Origin: Lytechinus pictus
Lineage: Eukaryota
Assembly (NCBI RefSeq): GCF_037042905.1
Contig: NW_026974140.1
Coordinates: 14,012,001 to 14,076,000, forward strand
Reading direction: 5' to 3'
DNA length: 64,000 nt
The translations under genes were made by a program, and so were the position numbers. Shown piece after piece: positions 10,401 through 25,400 of this stretch (its first letter is position 1; each line of letters opens with the position of its first letter). The notes below the pieces were generated by a model that did no database searches, was not told where the DNA came from, and was given only the letters and a program-made list of their open reading frames with translations.

Positions 10401-13400
10401 TTATCATTCAAATATGGCACTTTTAAGCTGTTAGGATTTTAATTTAAATACAGTGAAGCTAATGTTTTTTTTTATTTCAATTGAAAATCTAGACCTATAT
10501 ATGCCATTAATCACTTGCTGTTGACAAAGTTTAGATCTGATTACAGTGCATCTTAATAAAAACTAGATAATACTAAATAGGTTCATTATTGCGGAATGAA
10601 ATAATCGCTAGAGGGTATTCATTTGTCTCGCAATCTACATGTACTATGGTCAACAAGGAAATTTGTGATCACTCTCGCCAAAAGTGTTCACTAGCTTTCT
10701 AGGAAATTCGTGATCACTCTCGCAAAAAGTGTTCACTAGCTTACAAGTTCACGAGCTTTCGAGTGCCGCTGCAACTCTTTATCAAGTGACGAAAATTATC
10801 TGATACGGTAGTCAATTTATACCAATCCCCAGGACCGTACATGTACGCACGAACGCGGGAACAATAGGTGGGCACTGATCCGTTATGTGATTGGTCGGGC
10901 GTATATGCAAATAAGCCGGAGGTATATGCAAATACGCCGCGAGTCGGCAATATGCAAATAAGACAAAATTGGCGGGCTCGCTAGTTTCCCGTGGGTGGGG
11001 GTTGACTAGCTGAGCGGTCCTTGCTTGGTCGGGTTGGCGTGCACTGCCACTGCCACTGCCACTGATCCCGCTGTCTCTGTTGAAGTTGTTAGGACAAAGA
11101 CGTATACTAATAGCCTCCTTAATCCTGCGTGTATACCAATGTCTTTCTTTGGCAACGCAATGTATAAAAACTAGATATATACACTTTTGAAATGGCTGCC
11201 AAACAAAATATATATCACTCTTGGAGAAGAGTTCTAGGAAATATAAGTCAATTTTAATATGACACCATACAGTTGGAAACTGCATGTATACATGCTTGAG
11301 TGAATACTGCCTACTTAAAGAGAAATGCCAGTAGTTGCAGTAAACACTGATTTCATGAGAAAGTCTGTAAAACAAGGTTTAATTGTCAGTATATCATCGA
11401 GGATCTAGATCTGGTAGTTACATAAACCGAACTTTGTGAAATCTTGAAATCTACGCTGAAATATGTTCACGCTGAAGATCACTCGCACAGATATGCGCAC
11501 GTGGGGCAGTGTATAATTATTGCTTTGAGCGTCGGGCCCGACGCTTGACCCGAATCCTGTGCTTATTTGCTGATTTCTCAGCAATTACACCATTTCTTCC
11601 AGAATCCTTTGGCACATATGTTTTATTTATACAAACAGACACTTTGGTGGTCATTTTATTAGATTCTGTACGAACTCATTTTGATATCATTACCAAAACT
11701 GGCATTTACCTTTAAATAAAGGGATGTTCCGGGCTGAAAGTATGAATAGTTTAATAGAGTAGAATTCACAGAGCAAAATGCCGAAAATTTCATCAAAATC
11801 GGATAACAAATAACAAAGTTATTGAATTTTAAAGTTTAGCAATATTTTGTGAAAACAGTCGTCATGAATATTCATTAGGTGGGCTGATGATGTCACATTT
11901 CCACTTGTTCTTTTGTATTACATTATATGAAATTAGGTTTATTTAAATTTTTTCCTCCAAGAACTAGAAAAATTGGATTGACAACTGATTTAGTGCATTA
12001 TATATTTATTGCTGCAACTTATTTCATTATAGACATATATTATTCACACAAGTATGAAATAATGAAAAAATTATGATTTTATGTAATAACATAAGAAAAC
12101 TGAAAGTGGAGATGTGACATCATCAGCCCACCTATAAATGAATATTCATGACGGCTGTTTTCACAAAATTTTGCTAAACTTTAAACTTCAATAACTTTAT
12201 TATTTGTTTTCCGATTTTGATGAAATTTTCGGCATTTTTCTCAGTGAATTCTACTCTATGTATTAAGATACAAATATTTTCAGCCCGGACCATCCCTTTA
12301 AATAAAGGGTATGAAAATTAGGCTTGGCAGGAATTAGCCTTCCAATTTCTTTCAGTTTTTTTTTTTAGAGGCAAGTCCTTTGAGGAATTTGTGATGAGTT
12401 AATGATCTATCATGATCAGTTTGTTTGAGAAAATTTCAGGAGTTATTGAATTGAAATTTAATGCATGAGTGAACATGAATTGCAAATTTTAGTGCATCAT
12501 TATAACTTTTTCACGTGGATCTCCACAATTCATAGGAGCCAGGAGAATAGCCGATCAAATAAATTCTGATGTATAATCAGTAATTTATCCAATAAAACAT
12601 ATTTTTAGTTTATATCCTTCACACTACAACTGTATATGCATTAATCTAGTAATGAAATGGAGTAGTGACATGCACTTTCGGGGGGATTTACCAAAATTTA
12701 AGATAGACTTTAAGATAAAGTTTACCGAATAGATGGCAAGATCCTGCGACTACATTTAGCAGGGCTGCCAAGTGCCAACCTTTCATGAGAGACTTGAGAC
12801 ATTGCGAGGGAGTGAAGTGACCAAGGCCAAGGGTGTGCCCAAGGCTGAGCAGGGTGTGGAAGGGGGAGATGAAAGAAAGAGTAAAAACGTAAACGTTCAT
12901 AACTTCAAATTCAACAATGTATGCGGCAAGATAAAAAACATGGATTGTTATGAAGTATTAGCAAAATCTCTGAATTGTATGAATTTAAGGTTGCTACAGT
13001 ATATTCATTTTCTATTATTTTAAAAACATCTTGCCTTCAAATTTCAATGGTTCTTTCAGGCTAATAGTTACAATGTATTACCATGTTTATGATACAAGGA
13101 TCAGTAGTCACTTACACTTGCCATTTCAATAAATATGAAATCTTTCATACTACTATGCTTTGTTGGTATGAAATGTTTGAATGACAAATAAATAAATATG
13201 CCCACTCTATTGTCTTTCAAACGGAAATAAATTGTACCTGTTTCTGATCTCAAAACAACATGACTTTTTTCAACTTAAATATTGAATTGTTTATGTATAA
13301 AGTAGCTTTGTATCCTCTGGAAAGAGCGCTATATAAATCCAATTATTATTATTATTTATTAAAGTCAAAGTTGTAATTGTAGCTCACTCACCTGATTGAT

Positions 13401-16400
13401 AACGTTAATAAGCCAGTTCGTACGTACACTACTGTACACTCTGCACATGATCAGAAGATTCAGCGCATGATCAGAGAAAGGTCATTGGTACTAAAGTGAC
13501 ATGGTGGTTTAAAATTTAATGAGATAAGCACCAACTTTGATGTCTTGATTATTCATATTCTTTTAAATTGTGTTTTTCACTTACATCTACAAAAAACAAC
13601 AATGCATCCACGAAGGACAGTTTGCCAAACATTGTACAACATGCTACAGTACTGTTTGATATGCATTCCAAGTACAAAATTATGCAACAAGTACCTTCAT
13701 AGAGTGATTATTGGTTTGCTATTCTAGTCACCTGGGGGGTGTTTCACAAAGATTTAAGTATGACTTAAGTCGCACTTTAATGCCTACGCGTACATGATAT
13801 GGAACGCGCGATCTTATTGATAGACACGCAGTAGTGCGCGTCCTCATGACACGATCTGACCAATGCGGTCAAGCTTTTCATACCGTACGCAACTTGGTAT
13901 TTAAGTGCGACTCTAAGTCATACTTAAATCTTTGTGAAACACCCCCCTGGTCTATTCAATTTCTTCATCCTGCTATGTAAGGCATGCTTATGTAATATCT
14001 TGCTTTGAAATCTGCCTATCATAATGAAAGAAATGAAAGGACATTTGACCAAAATTGTCCATGAAGTAACTATGAACTGGTCTATTGGCATAGATGATAC
14101 CTTGTAATAACTGCCTACCTCTTAGAACCATTTTTGTCTCACCTGCATAGCAGAGTGAGACTATAGGCGCCGCTTTTCCGACGGCGACGGCGACGGCGGC
14201 GGCGACGGCGGCGGCGGCGTCAACACCAAATCTTAACCTGAGGTTAAGTTTTTGAAATGACAGCATAACTTAGAAAGTATATGGACCTAGTTCATGAAAC
14301 TTGGCCATAAGGTTAATCAAGTATTACTGAACATCCTGCCTGAGTTTCATGTCACATGACCAAGGTCAAAGGTCATTTAGGGTCAATGAACTTAGACCAT
14401 GTTGGGGGAATCAACATCAAAATCTTAACCTAAGGTTAAGTTTTTGAAATGTCATCATAAATTAGAAAATGTATGGACCTAGTTCATGAAACTTATACAT
14501 AAGGTTAATCAAGTATCACTGAACATCCTGCATGAGTTTCACGACACATGACCAAGGTCAAAGGTCATTTAGGGTCAATGAACTTTGGCCGAATTGGGGG
14601 TATCTGTTGAATTACCATCATAACTTTGAAAGTTTATGGATCTGATTCATGAAACTTGGACATAATAGTAATCAAGTATTACTGAACATCCTGTGCAAGT
14701 TTCAGGTCACATGATCAAGGTCAAAGGTCATTTAGGGTCAATGAACTTTGGCCAAATTGGGGTATTTGTTGAATTACAGCCATAAATTTGAAAGTGTGTT
14801 GGTCTAGTTCATAAAACTTGGACATAAGAGTAATCAGGGAAGTGTTATAGAAGGAAATGAAACTCGAAAAGTTCCCTTTGTAGCATGCGCGGAGCCGTTG
14901 TTATTCTCCATAATTGGCTTAATCCCACTCTATCAGGCAAGCTCGTAAAATGATCCCCTGCGGTCGGTCGTAAAGTCCGCTTACGGTCGCTACAGCTGGC
15001 GGAAGTACAGGACTCGCGCAGTGCAATATGGGATAGGCTTGTCTGCTAAGATGGACGCCGAATGTAAACACAGTGACGTTGCATTGACACAATTCTTGGT
15101 TTCAAGATAAATAATTGAATTCAAATATCTTTAAAACTTAACAAGTTAGTCTCCTGCATTGTCATTGCAACGAGACTTCGTCTTCGGGGACTGTATACAC
15201 CTCGTAAGCCTGCGCTCCGGGCCTACGCTATCCCGGTAGCTGTGCAGCCTGAGCCGCACGCAAAATTGTTCCCATCGAAACTGAACTTAAAATGAAACTT
15301 CCCAAAGCCCACCAAACACAGCATTTAATGATTTAATAATGGAACATAAACTGAAATAAATAAATCATGGTCATTTCCATGCAATCTTATACCATTATTC
15401 AGCTGCACGAAAGTCGCTTTCCATGCACGCGTGGCGCTCGAATCGAGTCGATCAACGGCCAAACTGGAGATTTCGGTGAAAATCAACCAACTTTGAAGTA
15501 CCATAACTTTTAGGCACGCGAGAACACGCCAATGAGACAACTACCATCATAAAGATATTTTATTCCTCTTCACTTACATATAACAGAAGAATAGCCAAGA
15601 TTAGCGGGTCATACAATGAAATCTATATATCATATCATATACAAAAATGTAAACAAATAGATAACAAACCTTGTTACTCCGGTATACGAAGGGTGAATTT
15701 GATGAATGAGATATCGGCTGAATCTTTAGAATACACTGGGTGCGAATGTGATAACTACGCATGTCTCCAGCAATCAACAGAGTAGTGCGCAGCCAAAACG
15801 TGTACATATAACTTTTCACTCTGAACTCAGCTATTGAGAAATCATGTAAATGACGTCATGTTATCGGCTCCGAGGTAGTGAGATCAAAAGACGAAGTCGT
15901 TTGGCTAGGAGAGCGGAGATTAGGAGCGAGGCAGGGAAAGCGATAAAAGTAAGCCTTGGTTGCGTAATCATTGCGGCCTGCAGGGGTATTTTGGGGGCTG
16001 GTGAGAGACTTATCAGCAGGGTGTCCCCTCTCAATTTCACTTCGGATTTGCCTAAAGGGGGCAATAAAATCTTACTTTTCGAGTTTCATTTCCTTCTATA
16101 ACACTTCCCTGGAGTAATCAAGTATCACTGAACATCCTATGCGAGTTTCAGGTCACATGATCAAGGTCAAAGGTCATGTAAGGTCAAAGAACTTTGGCCA
16201 CGTTGGGGGTATTTGTTGAATTGCCATCATATCTCTATAAGTGTATTGGTCTAATTCATAAAACGTGGAAATACGAGTAACCAAGTATCACTGAACATCT
16301 TGTGCGAGTTATAGTAGTTTTCAAAATCAGCACTGCTGCTATATTGAATCGCGTGATGCAGGTGAGACGGCCAGAGGCATTCCACTTGTTTTTTTTGCTG

Positions 16401-19400
16401 TGTATTTCTTTTATCTTATTTTATAATCTTCCAGGTATACATTTTTTGTCTGCTGAAGTAAAACCTACAATACTGCAATGATTTGATAACTTCTGTAAAT
16501 AATTCTTCTCTTATGCTGGTTTTCATTAATATGGTTAATAGTTTTCTTGTTGAATGTATTTATATTTCCTTTGTTCAATGTTGTGGTCAGTTTGGGTCTT
16601 ACTATTAATTTTTATCTACGATAATGTTGTTATTGTAAACATGTTCAGTTTGGTCCTTGGAACTTTGTAACATGTACGGGATCTATGTTTTACTTTTAAA
16701 CAGAATGAATAAATGAATAAATAAAATAAATTGTTAATAGGGGATATGTTTGGCATGATTTCATATACATATATTTACCATACCTACAGTGCATTGTTGA
16801 AATTTATTACTTTTAATTCATGCACAATGACATAATTGCATAGAGAAGCATACAAAAATCAAAGCAAATTTTCTTTTTCAGAATATGGCAACCAGACAAG
16901 AAGTCACCGAACTTTTGAATGACCACAACGTCGCAGAGTTGCAAGAGAGGTTTGGGACAAGGATCCAGTTTGGAACTGCCGGTACTGTAAAACAGAAATT
17001 ATATTCATTTTCTTCTTTGCAAATTAAAATTGAAGTAGATATATTTGTATTGAGCCTACATGTATGCAAATACAAAATAAAGATAGGCCTATCATTTGAT
17101 AAAAACATTTAAGTTGGGGAGCACCCAACATCAACAACAAATGCAATGCCACTTGAAGAGGCAAAGTTAGTAGGCCTTTGATTTCAATATTTTAATGACA
17201 AGGCCATATTTCTAATATAGGGCTTAAATGTATTTCTATATACTGTACAACACATACATGTATGGAGAATAAAAAAATGCACAGCAAAACTTTGAAACGA
17301 CCTTCGATGGCAGTGGATTAATTTATGCTCTATCTGGATATCAGTTTAGCCGTCTCTGAATGAGATGAAAATAACCTGTGACTGTTTGCCATCCATCTAA
17401 ACATAATACATGTAATCTAATTTACTTTAAAATTATTGAAAAAAATAGTACTAGCAGTCATTACAGTTCAAGTGAAATTGGTCATTGACGAAACCCATGA
17501 CTTAAGAATATGTCACTCAAAACCATTTCCGTAACTATCACAGAATGCAAAACATCAGGCCTCCTTCAATAGGGAATTCTACTTTCTTCAAATTTTTTGA
17601 ATTTGACCAGAGCTTTAATATACTGATTGGCATAAAGGCAAAATGCAGCATCAGTTGCCATGTCAATGAATAATGCTTTATTTTGATCAATTTTTGGAGA
17701 CTTGTTCATTATACAAGTCCAATTTTAGTGTCTTCTTCCTCTTGTGCTCGTGCAGTACACGTAGGTATGGCATGAATTCTTGATGTGTTTGGGTGTCTAA
17801 ACTCCCTATAGTATGAAATATGCAGCTGACCATAAAGTCAAGTAAGCAAGGGTGTACAGTAGGTTGGTTTGAGAATGGGTAGGTGCATATCTGGGGGAAG
17901 GTGGAACTAAAGTGGTATGGGGGTGCACATCTTGGGGAGGTGGAACTAGAGTTCGGAAAATCAGCTGTTGAAAGAAGAAGGGGTACAAATGTTGCTTTGC
18001 TTGCCAGTGTCGGAACTCGTCTGCCTCAGTGGGAGGGTGCACATGCACCCAGTGCACTCCCCCCCCCTAGCCTAGGCCCTTGGTAAGTAAGCTCCTTGCC
18101 CAAAAGGATATAAATCTTCTTATCAGTTGCTACCATTAAACCTTTTTATATAAGCTATCAGTTTCCTATTAACCTGTAATATGATATATTTCTTATCTGT
18201 ATCTGAATGTAATTACAATACAAACCTTTTGGGAAAATCAAAATGGATAGTAGTAGTTAGGCCTGGTAGTTAGTAGTATATTCAAAGTTTTAAATCCAGT
18301 TTTGTCTCTGTGAACAGGGGTTGCCGGATTTATCTCACACACGCATTAATCTCCTTACCCCTCTCCCTCCACTTTTGCCCGATTCAGACAGTGCATCAAA
18401 TAGTGGCACTGTGAAACTAATTACTTCAACTACGGCTAAGAAGACAGTGACTGAATTACAACTATTTACTACTAATATTGCTTCCATTACTACTACTTAT
18501 ACCACTACTGCTACTAGTACTACCACTAATATTTCTACTACGACTAATACTACTACTACTACTACTCCTACTACTTCATCTACTACTACGATGATGTACT
18601 TCTGCTACTAGTACTACTACCAGGCCTGCTACTACTACTACTTCTACTATACTACTACTTATCTCATTTGCATTTCACTGAGTTGTACATTGTACATAAA
18701 ACTGTTCAGTGAAAAAAAAGAACAAAAAATGAAATAAATTTGAAATGTCATAACTTTCTTTTTTAACATCCGAGTTTGATGAAATTTTCAGCGTTATTTT
18801 TCTCTACTGAATTACTCAACTTTTTATCTAAGGTGGACTTGACATGAACATCAATCTGTTTATACACTTTAGGTCTGAGAGCTGCAATGGAAGCTGGTAC
18901 AGCGAGAATAAATGACCTTATAATCATTCAAACAGCACAGGTATTATTTATATTATTTTTATATTTCAGTGACACTGAGCATACATGAAATGTATATGTT
19001 TTTTCCCTAAATCTATAAAAAAGATCAAAATAATGAAAATCAGTTAGCATGATTCAAAGCTATTAAATACCTCTTTTGGAATTACATGTAAAGTCATAAA
19101 ATGATGTTTTGATATGTACATCTCTCCTCCCCCACCTCCAAAAGAAATATTTTTCAATATAAACAGTTACAGAGGCCTAATTTATATTTTTGGTAAAGCC
19201 ACTTTTCTATCAAGGGCACATTCCAATTACTGTAGAAGCTGTTATTTTCGCGGGGGTTTTATTTTCGCGGATTTCGCGAATTGCCGATCGGCCGCGAATT
19301 TAACAACACGCGAAAATATTGACACACTTCTTAGTCAGTGCCAATGTACCCAACAGCAAAGCTTTGCTATTGAAAACATACTGTGTAGTGAGAAATTGGA

Positions 19401-22400
19401 GATATGCACCTGTATATGTACAAAAAATAAGGCTTAGAAAGTACAGTTAGTGATTCAAAAAGTTAGCTAGAATTTCACTTTTTTAAATTTCTCAAACAAA
19501 ATCAGAGCCTAAACTATTTTCTAATATCATTTTATCAATATTCATACACTCCCTGTAATATCAAAATGTATTTTTCATGAAATAATTTGATTTTATTTTC
19601 ATCTAATTGACTCTATACACACGTATTGGCAGCTATTTGCATACTCATTAATATTCATAAGTCACATGACCAGAGCTTTTAGAGGTGAAGATTCTGTTCA
19701 CAAAATTCCAAATTTTTGCACTTTTACCAACTTTTTGAAAAATGAATCGAACAAATCACAAATTCCAAAGATTGCTAAACCCTGTAGATTACAGATCAAA
19801 TTGTGGCATGATGAATTTTCAGAACTAAAGGTAAAAAAAGGTGAAATTCAAGCCACCTTTTTCCACAGTTCGTAACTGTTTTTACAGGGACATATTTATG
19901 TACAAGAGACACATCAGCATGAGGACTTTGAAGAGTATAAATTTGCACGTAATTTCCACTAGTTTTGCTTCTTAGGAATGCTGTGGAAATGTTTTGTACA
20001 TCTTCCCATCGCGAATTTAACAACCCGCGAAAATGTCGGGACCCCCGCGATTCGCGGAAAATTCTGTACGCGAAAATAACAGCTTGTACAGTATTGCAGC
20101 ACAAATGGTAAAATTCAAAAGAAATGTCAATGGCCACTTAAAGTGGCTTAAAGGTGATTGAAAAGATATTTATTGCCATGGCCTTCGATTCTCTTGGATT
20201 GAGCCCTGGGCCAGTATTATAAGTATAGATGGAGTAATTATTTACTTTTGCTTTAATAGCAAAATACTTAAACTCATATTCAGATCACATTTAACTATTT
20301 TACTTTATCCAGCCAAATTTAAGCAAAATACTCAATAATAACTAATAACCATTGTGACGTCATAAAGTATAAGCCAAATAATGTGTAAAGTATGCATCCA
20401 TCTGTGCACAGAATGTATGACTGCGCGTATCATTTTTGTTAAACTGTACGCAAGCCAGACTTAAGCTGATGTACTTTAAGATTGAAAATGTTACTATAAA
20501 ATATTACTATATGCAGAAATAATAACAATTATAGTGATATCTAATATTGAGCACACACACCGTCTAGAGACGCTCATGGTGCTAGCGCAGCAACAGTTCC
20601 TTTGGATATATATGTACTATAAACAACTACAAATGTAAATGAAGCTAGAAAGCTAGAAATATCTCAACATTACTCCAAATTCTCCAAGAAGCCTAATTAT
20701 ATCTCAATATGCTGTCTCGGAAGTTGGATATAAAGTTGACCCAGATATAATGTTTGCATCAGCTGTTGTTTTTAAAGGAGCTTTATGCTGTCTTACATAT
20801 TGACACTTGTGTACCAAGATGATAGCTACATGTACATGCATTTGTCAATTATGGAATTCGGTATCATGATGTGAATTTGAAAGGTCAAGCCTGCTCCCTT
20901 TAACACAAAGGTTTGTGATCAATTGAGACATGGTAATAGCCATTTCCACTATTCACCAATTATAATCATTGTATAAAATAGGTCTCTGATCCCATATCTT
21001 TTTGTTGAAGGAGCAACACGGCTCCAGTATTTAATTGGCAAGGCAACAGACATTGAGAGCATAAAACAGCACGCAGCTCTGACAGTGGAGATTTGTAGAA
21101 TTAGGTACAAATAGATGCTCAGTGGTAAACAGTCTGAATATACCTGTACCTTGAAATATAGACAGCATTCTTAAATCAAGGCTCTGTATGTTTATACCAT
21201 ACACTGAACTTCTCATTCTTTTTTCTAGGGTCTCCTAAGATATTTAGAATCTGTCAATCCAGAATGTAAATCACAAGGAATCATTATTGGATATGATGCA
21301 AGATACTCAAGTCAAAGGTATGATTAAGTGCATAATTTGTGTTTAAAGAAGATGAATTGCTAATTGATTGAGAGTGATCAGTTTTTCCTAAATATTTGTA
21401 TAGATTTTGTGTCATGTGCAATTTCATTTAGTATTGTTTTTGTCAGACTTTATAAGGTGATGTATTCAGAAGATTTGATGTAGTAATTTACACATGTACA
21501 AATTAATCAGTCTTTAAGAATGATTGTAAAATTCCTCCTTGCTATCAAGTTTAAGATTGCACTGTGTTTATTATATCAGATTTCTTTATTCAAGTTTAAA
21601 ACTAAATCAAATGTCTGATACAATGCAGAAAAAAATAAAGGTTTCCAGTCATATGTTTCTTACTCTATTTATTTTCGTGTTTCATATACCACCAACAAAC
21701 AAATAGAATGCAGATGTATTTCGCTTAATTACAGTTTATTTTCTGCATACTAAGAATCTTGCTATAGGATTTGTCAATTCGGCCGTGATATAGGGTGGTT
21801 TCTCCCATTAATCATCACTCGCAGTGATGGAACTTTTGTATTTTGCTGATCTTTTCAGCCCATAGGTTCATAACGCATTATAAATTAGTCTGCGTACACG
21901 CGAAATGATGAGGTCATTGCCCCATGTTTTTTTTTATCTTCCATCATTCTCCACATGCAGTGACGATCGTGCAAAATCTTGATACTTGTGTTTATAATGG
22001 TTCTCGACGTGGAATTTAAATCATATAATCACCTCTTAACTTAAGGTGATGAGGCAAAGTATCACTTCCTCAGTAAGCTGGATGTACTCGCTATCTTTCT
22101 TCAGCTTCATTTCAGAAAGGTAGCTACTTCCAGTTTGCCTCAAAAGTGATAGTTTACCCATCACCTTCACCAACAGTGATTATTTGCTTAATATCTGTGC
22201 AATTCTTGGAAAACAGAAATACTGAAATGCCTTTGATAATATGTCTTCTGCTGAACTGGTGGAGAGAAAAATGAAAGAAAAAAAAATCTGACTCTAGTAA
22301 TTTCACAGTACCGTATCTATTTTTTACAATACAACCAAATGTCAGCATTTATTTTTTGTACTTACAGTAAGTGCACTTGGACATCTGTATTTAATTTTTA

Positions 22401-25400
22401 AGGCTATCTCAATTTGACCTTTGCCCAGAAGAGCTCACATGATATGTATGTCCAATGCTATGCACACAAATGTATAAATTGACCTACTTATATGAAAAAT
22501 GCAAATAAACTGCATTCAACCTCTTGTCAGCTTTAGTCAATGCACAGACTTGATTATACAGTTAGATTACACAATCTCCTTTACCATCTTTAATACTAGG
22601 AAAAGATCAAAATAAACTTATGACATTTTGAGATATGCATACATTTTGATAATCAGAGTAGGCCTATCAATACTGCTATAAGAAAAGCAGATCTTTAAGA
22701 AATGTTTAAATTAAAGAACTAAGTACTGTCATTATTGTTTCATCAATGCAAATTCACGTGGTGCAGATTGATCTCATACAGTATGTGCTATGCAAGAACA
22801 GATTAATGGTCTTGTTGTCATACAGCAATGATATTCTGCTGTGATTTACATTAGTTAATTGTATTTTGGGGTATTTAAATACTTGAGGATAGTGTAAATG
22901 AAGCAGGCAAGTGCCTATGCAGCAGTAGCAGGAAATCTCGTCTGTCAATTGAAGATTATTGGCCTTATCTCGATCTGACTGAATTCATTTGCCCCACTTA
23001 GCAGAAAAGTTTATGGGAGTTCTTACACGTTAGCCTTAAATTTTTAGTGACAGAAATATATAACTCAAGTAATATGGCTAATATTTGAATAGTTCACTGT
23101 TTATATCTTATAATTTGTAAGGATAATATTTCACAAATTTGTCTTTTTTTTCACTCTGTACATATGTCATGAATTATTTTTGGCGTGTTTTAGGGGTTGT
23201 GAATTTTGTAGAAAACACCGCTTTAAAGGGTATTTGCTCTTTTTAAATCTGAAACTGGTATGGCCCACGTTAAATGTCTCTTGAAATTTGTACGAAATTC
23301 ATACTTCGCCAAAATATGTTTACAATCAGCTGCTGACACTTGTATGAGAGGTCAAGCTTCAATGTTTGTGAAAATATGAATTTTGTCTTAATTTATGGCT
23401 TCCTGAAATCAGTTGTTCCTGTATGAAACCTAGACAGAAATTAAAGAATCTCAATTGTCAAAAGGTTTCATGTAGATGACAGCATCAAGAGCTTACCGGA
23501 TAGCATTTATATAGCCCTGTCTATCTAGTTGCCTCTTCAGATGTGTATAATGAAGTTTTGCTGGTCATTGTAGCAAAGCACAGTTTTGTCTGCCCCTTTA
23601 TATTGTGGATTTATATTTGATTGATGTCTTTATTTCTTTTTCAGGTATGCTCACTTAACTGCTTCTATTATGCTACGAGCAGGGATACCTGTCTACCTCT
23701 TCTCAGATATAGTGCCAACGCCTTTTGTGGTATGTATATATGTAGTTAACTTGTCAATGGTAATGTAAACCATTTTAGTGTGGCACTATGCTATTGAAAT
23801 CTCTCATGATGTTCCTGTGACTTTAAGAAACAATCCTGGCTCTAGCTTTATCGGCTTTCACAGATGCATTCAAGGAAAAGATCATACATGTGCCAGAGAT
23901 GAATTTGTTTCCAGCATGCTATAGATTCAGCTACCTTTAAATGCCAATTTTTTATTTTTTTATTTTAGCCATATGCAATTCGGAAGTATGGGTGTGCTGT
24001 TGGTGTCATGGTTACGCCCTCCCACAATCCTAAAGGAGACAATGGGTACAAGGTATACTGGAACAATAGTGCTCAGGTACAATGTCTTTCTTTTTAAAAG
24101 TCTTTGTAATTGTAAAGCTATAGCTGTAGTTAGCCACAATTCTGAATGTATTGCTTCCCCCTAAACTGTAGCTCAGTTGTTCTGTATATTTATCCATTTA
24201 TATGACTTACTCTATTGTTAATCCAGGGTCAAGAATAATATTTTAGGTAGTCCAGGATAGAAGAGTCATGACCTTTTTTTATATACACTTTAGGCCCATG
24301 CAATGTTTTTTAATGGTTTTTCTTATCAATTCGAGGGTGCTGATTCCGAATATGAATGATGCCACTCTTGTAACCTTGAGCATTTTCCCCAAATATGCAA
24401 AATCCAATATGGTCGCCTAAATATTGCCCATGGAAATCACAAAATTGCATGTACATTGACCATGAAATGCCTGTAATTATGACACACAAGTGAAATAATG
24501 TCTAAAAACATGATTTTTGACAAAATAATCATTTCCTTGATATTAGAAATGGGTGCTAGACTCCTGTATGCTCTATTATGTGCAATATGAATCAATAAAG
24601 CTGTTTTTCACAAGAGGGAGCAGTAAAATTGTAATCTATGAGTGAAGTACTGTCTGAAAAAAGTGAAAACATGATTGCTAACCAAATATGTCATTACTTA
24701 TGTCACATATGTGATTTTGATATTCCAAATGGCTGCTATATGCCCTATACTACCTCACTATATTATGAACAATTTGAGTGGGGACAAATAATCTTAACAA
24801 AATTTGGCTTTGTTTGACTACAAAATGCCTATAATTGTGATGTAAGAGTGAAATATACTGTTTGGCAATATGATTTTTAATGTGTTTAATTTCCTTTGCC
24901 ATAAAGATGGTAAATGCAGTATTTTGAAATTCAAAATAGCCACCATAGGCTATAACAGTATCATACAATGCGAATGGAGATTCTATACTTTTTAACAAGA
25001 GTGGGCATCATAAAATGCATGTAATTGTGATTTTATAGGTAAATTGTTGTCTGGAAGCATGATTTCTAACAAAATATATAATTTTTTCTGCCATGTAGGT
25101 ACTGTATTCTGAAATTCAAAATGGCTGCCATGGGCCTTCAAAGTATTTGCATGTATGTACAATGTGAATGGTAACAATTCTTTTTTACAGAATTAGGTTT
25201 TGCTTCACTATAAAATTAATGTAATTGTGTTTTATGCCTGAAATATTGTATGAAAACATGATTTATAATGAAATAAATCATTTTTCCTGCCACATATATG
25301 ATAAGTACTGTATTTTGAAATTGAAAATGGCTTTCATAAAGTATACAGGGTTCTATGGCAGCCATTTTGAATATCAAAAAAATAAATATATTGTCAAAAA

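Noticed and set aside
10812-11375. Longest ORF in the track (187 aa)
   Set aside because: Chance read-through across a MITE, a Penelope fragment and short repeats; non-ATG start.
21760-22210. Minus-strand coding-like remnant (..WGNDLIIS..)
   Set aside because: Many stops and only a faint resemblance to transposon-borne protease domains; family not assignable by eye.
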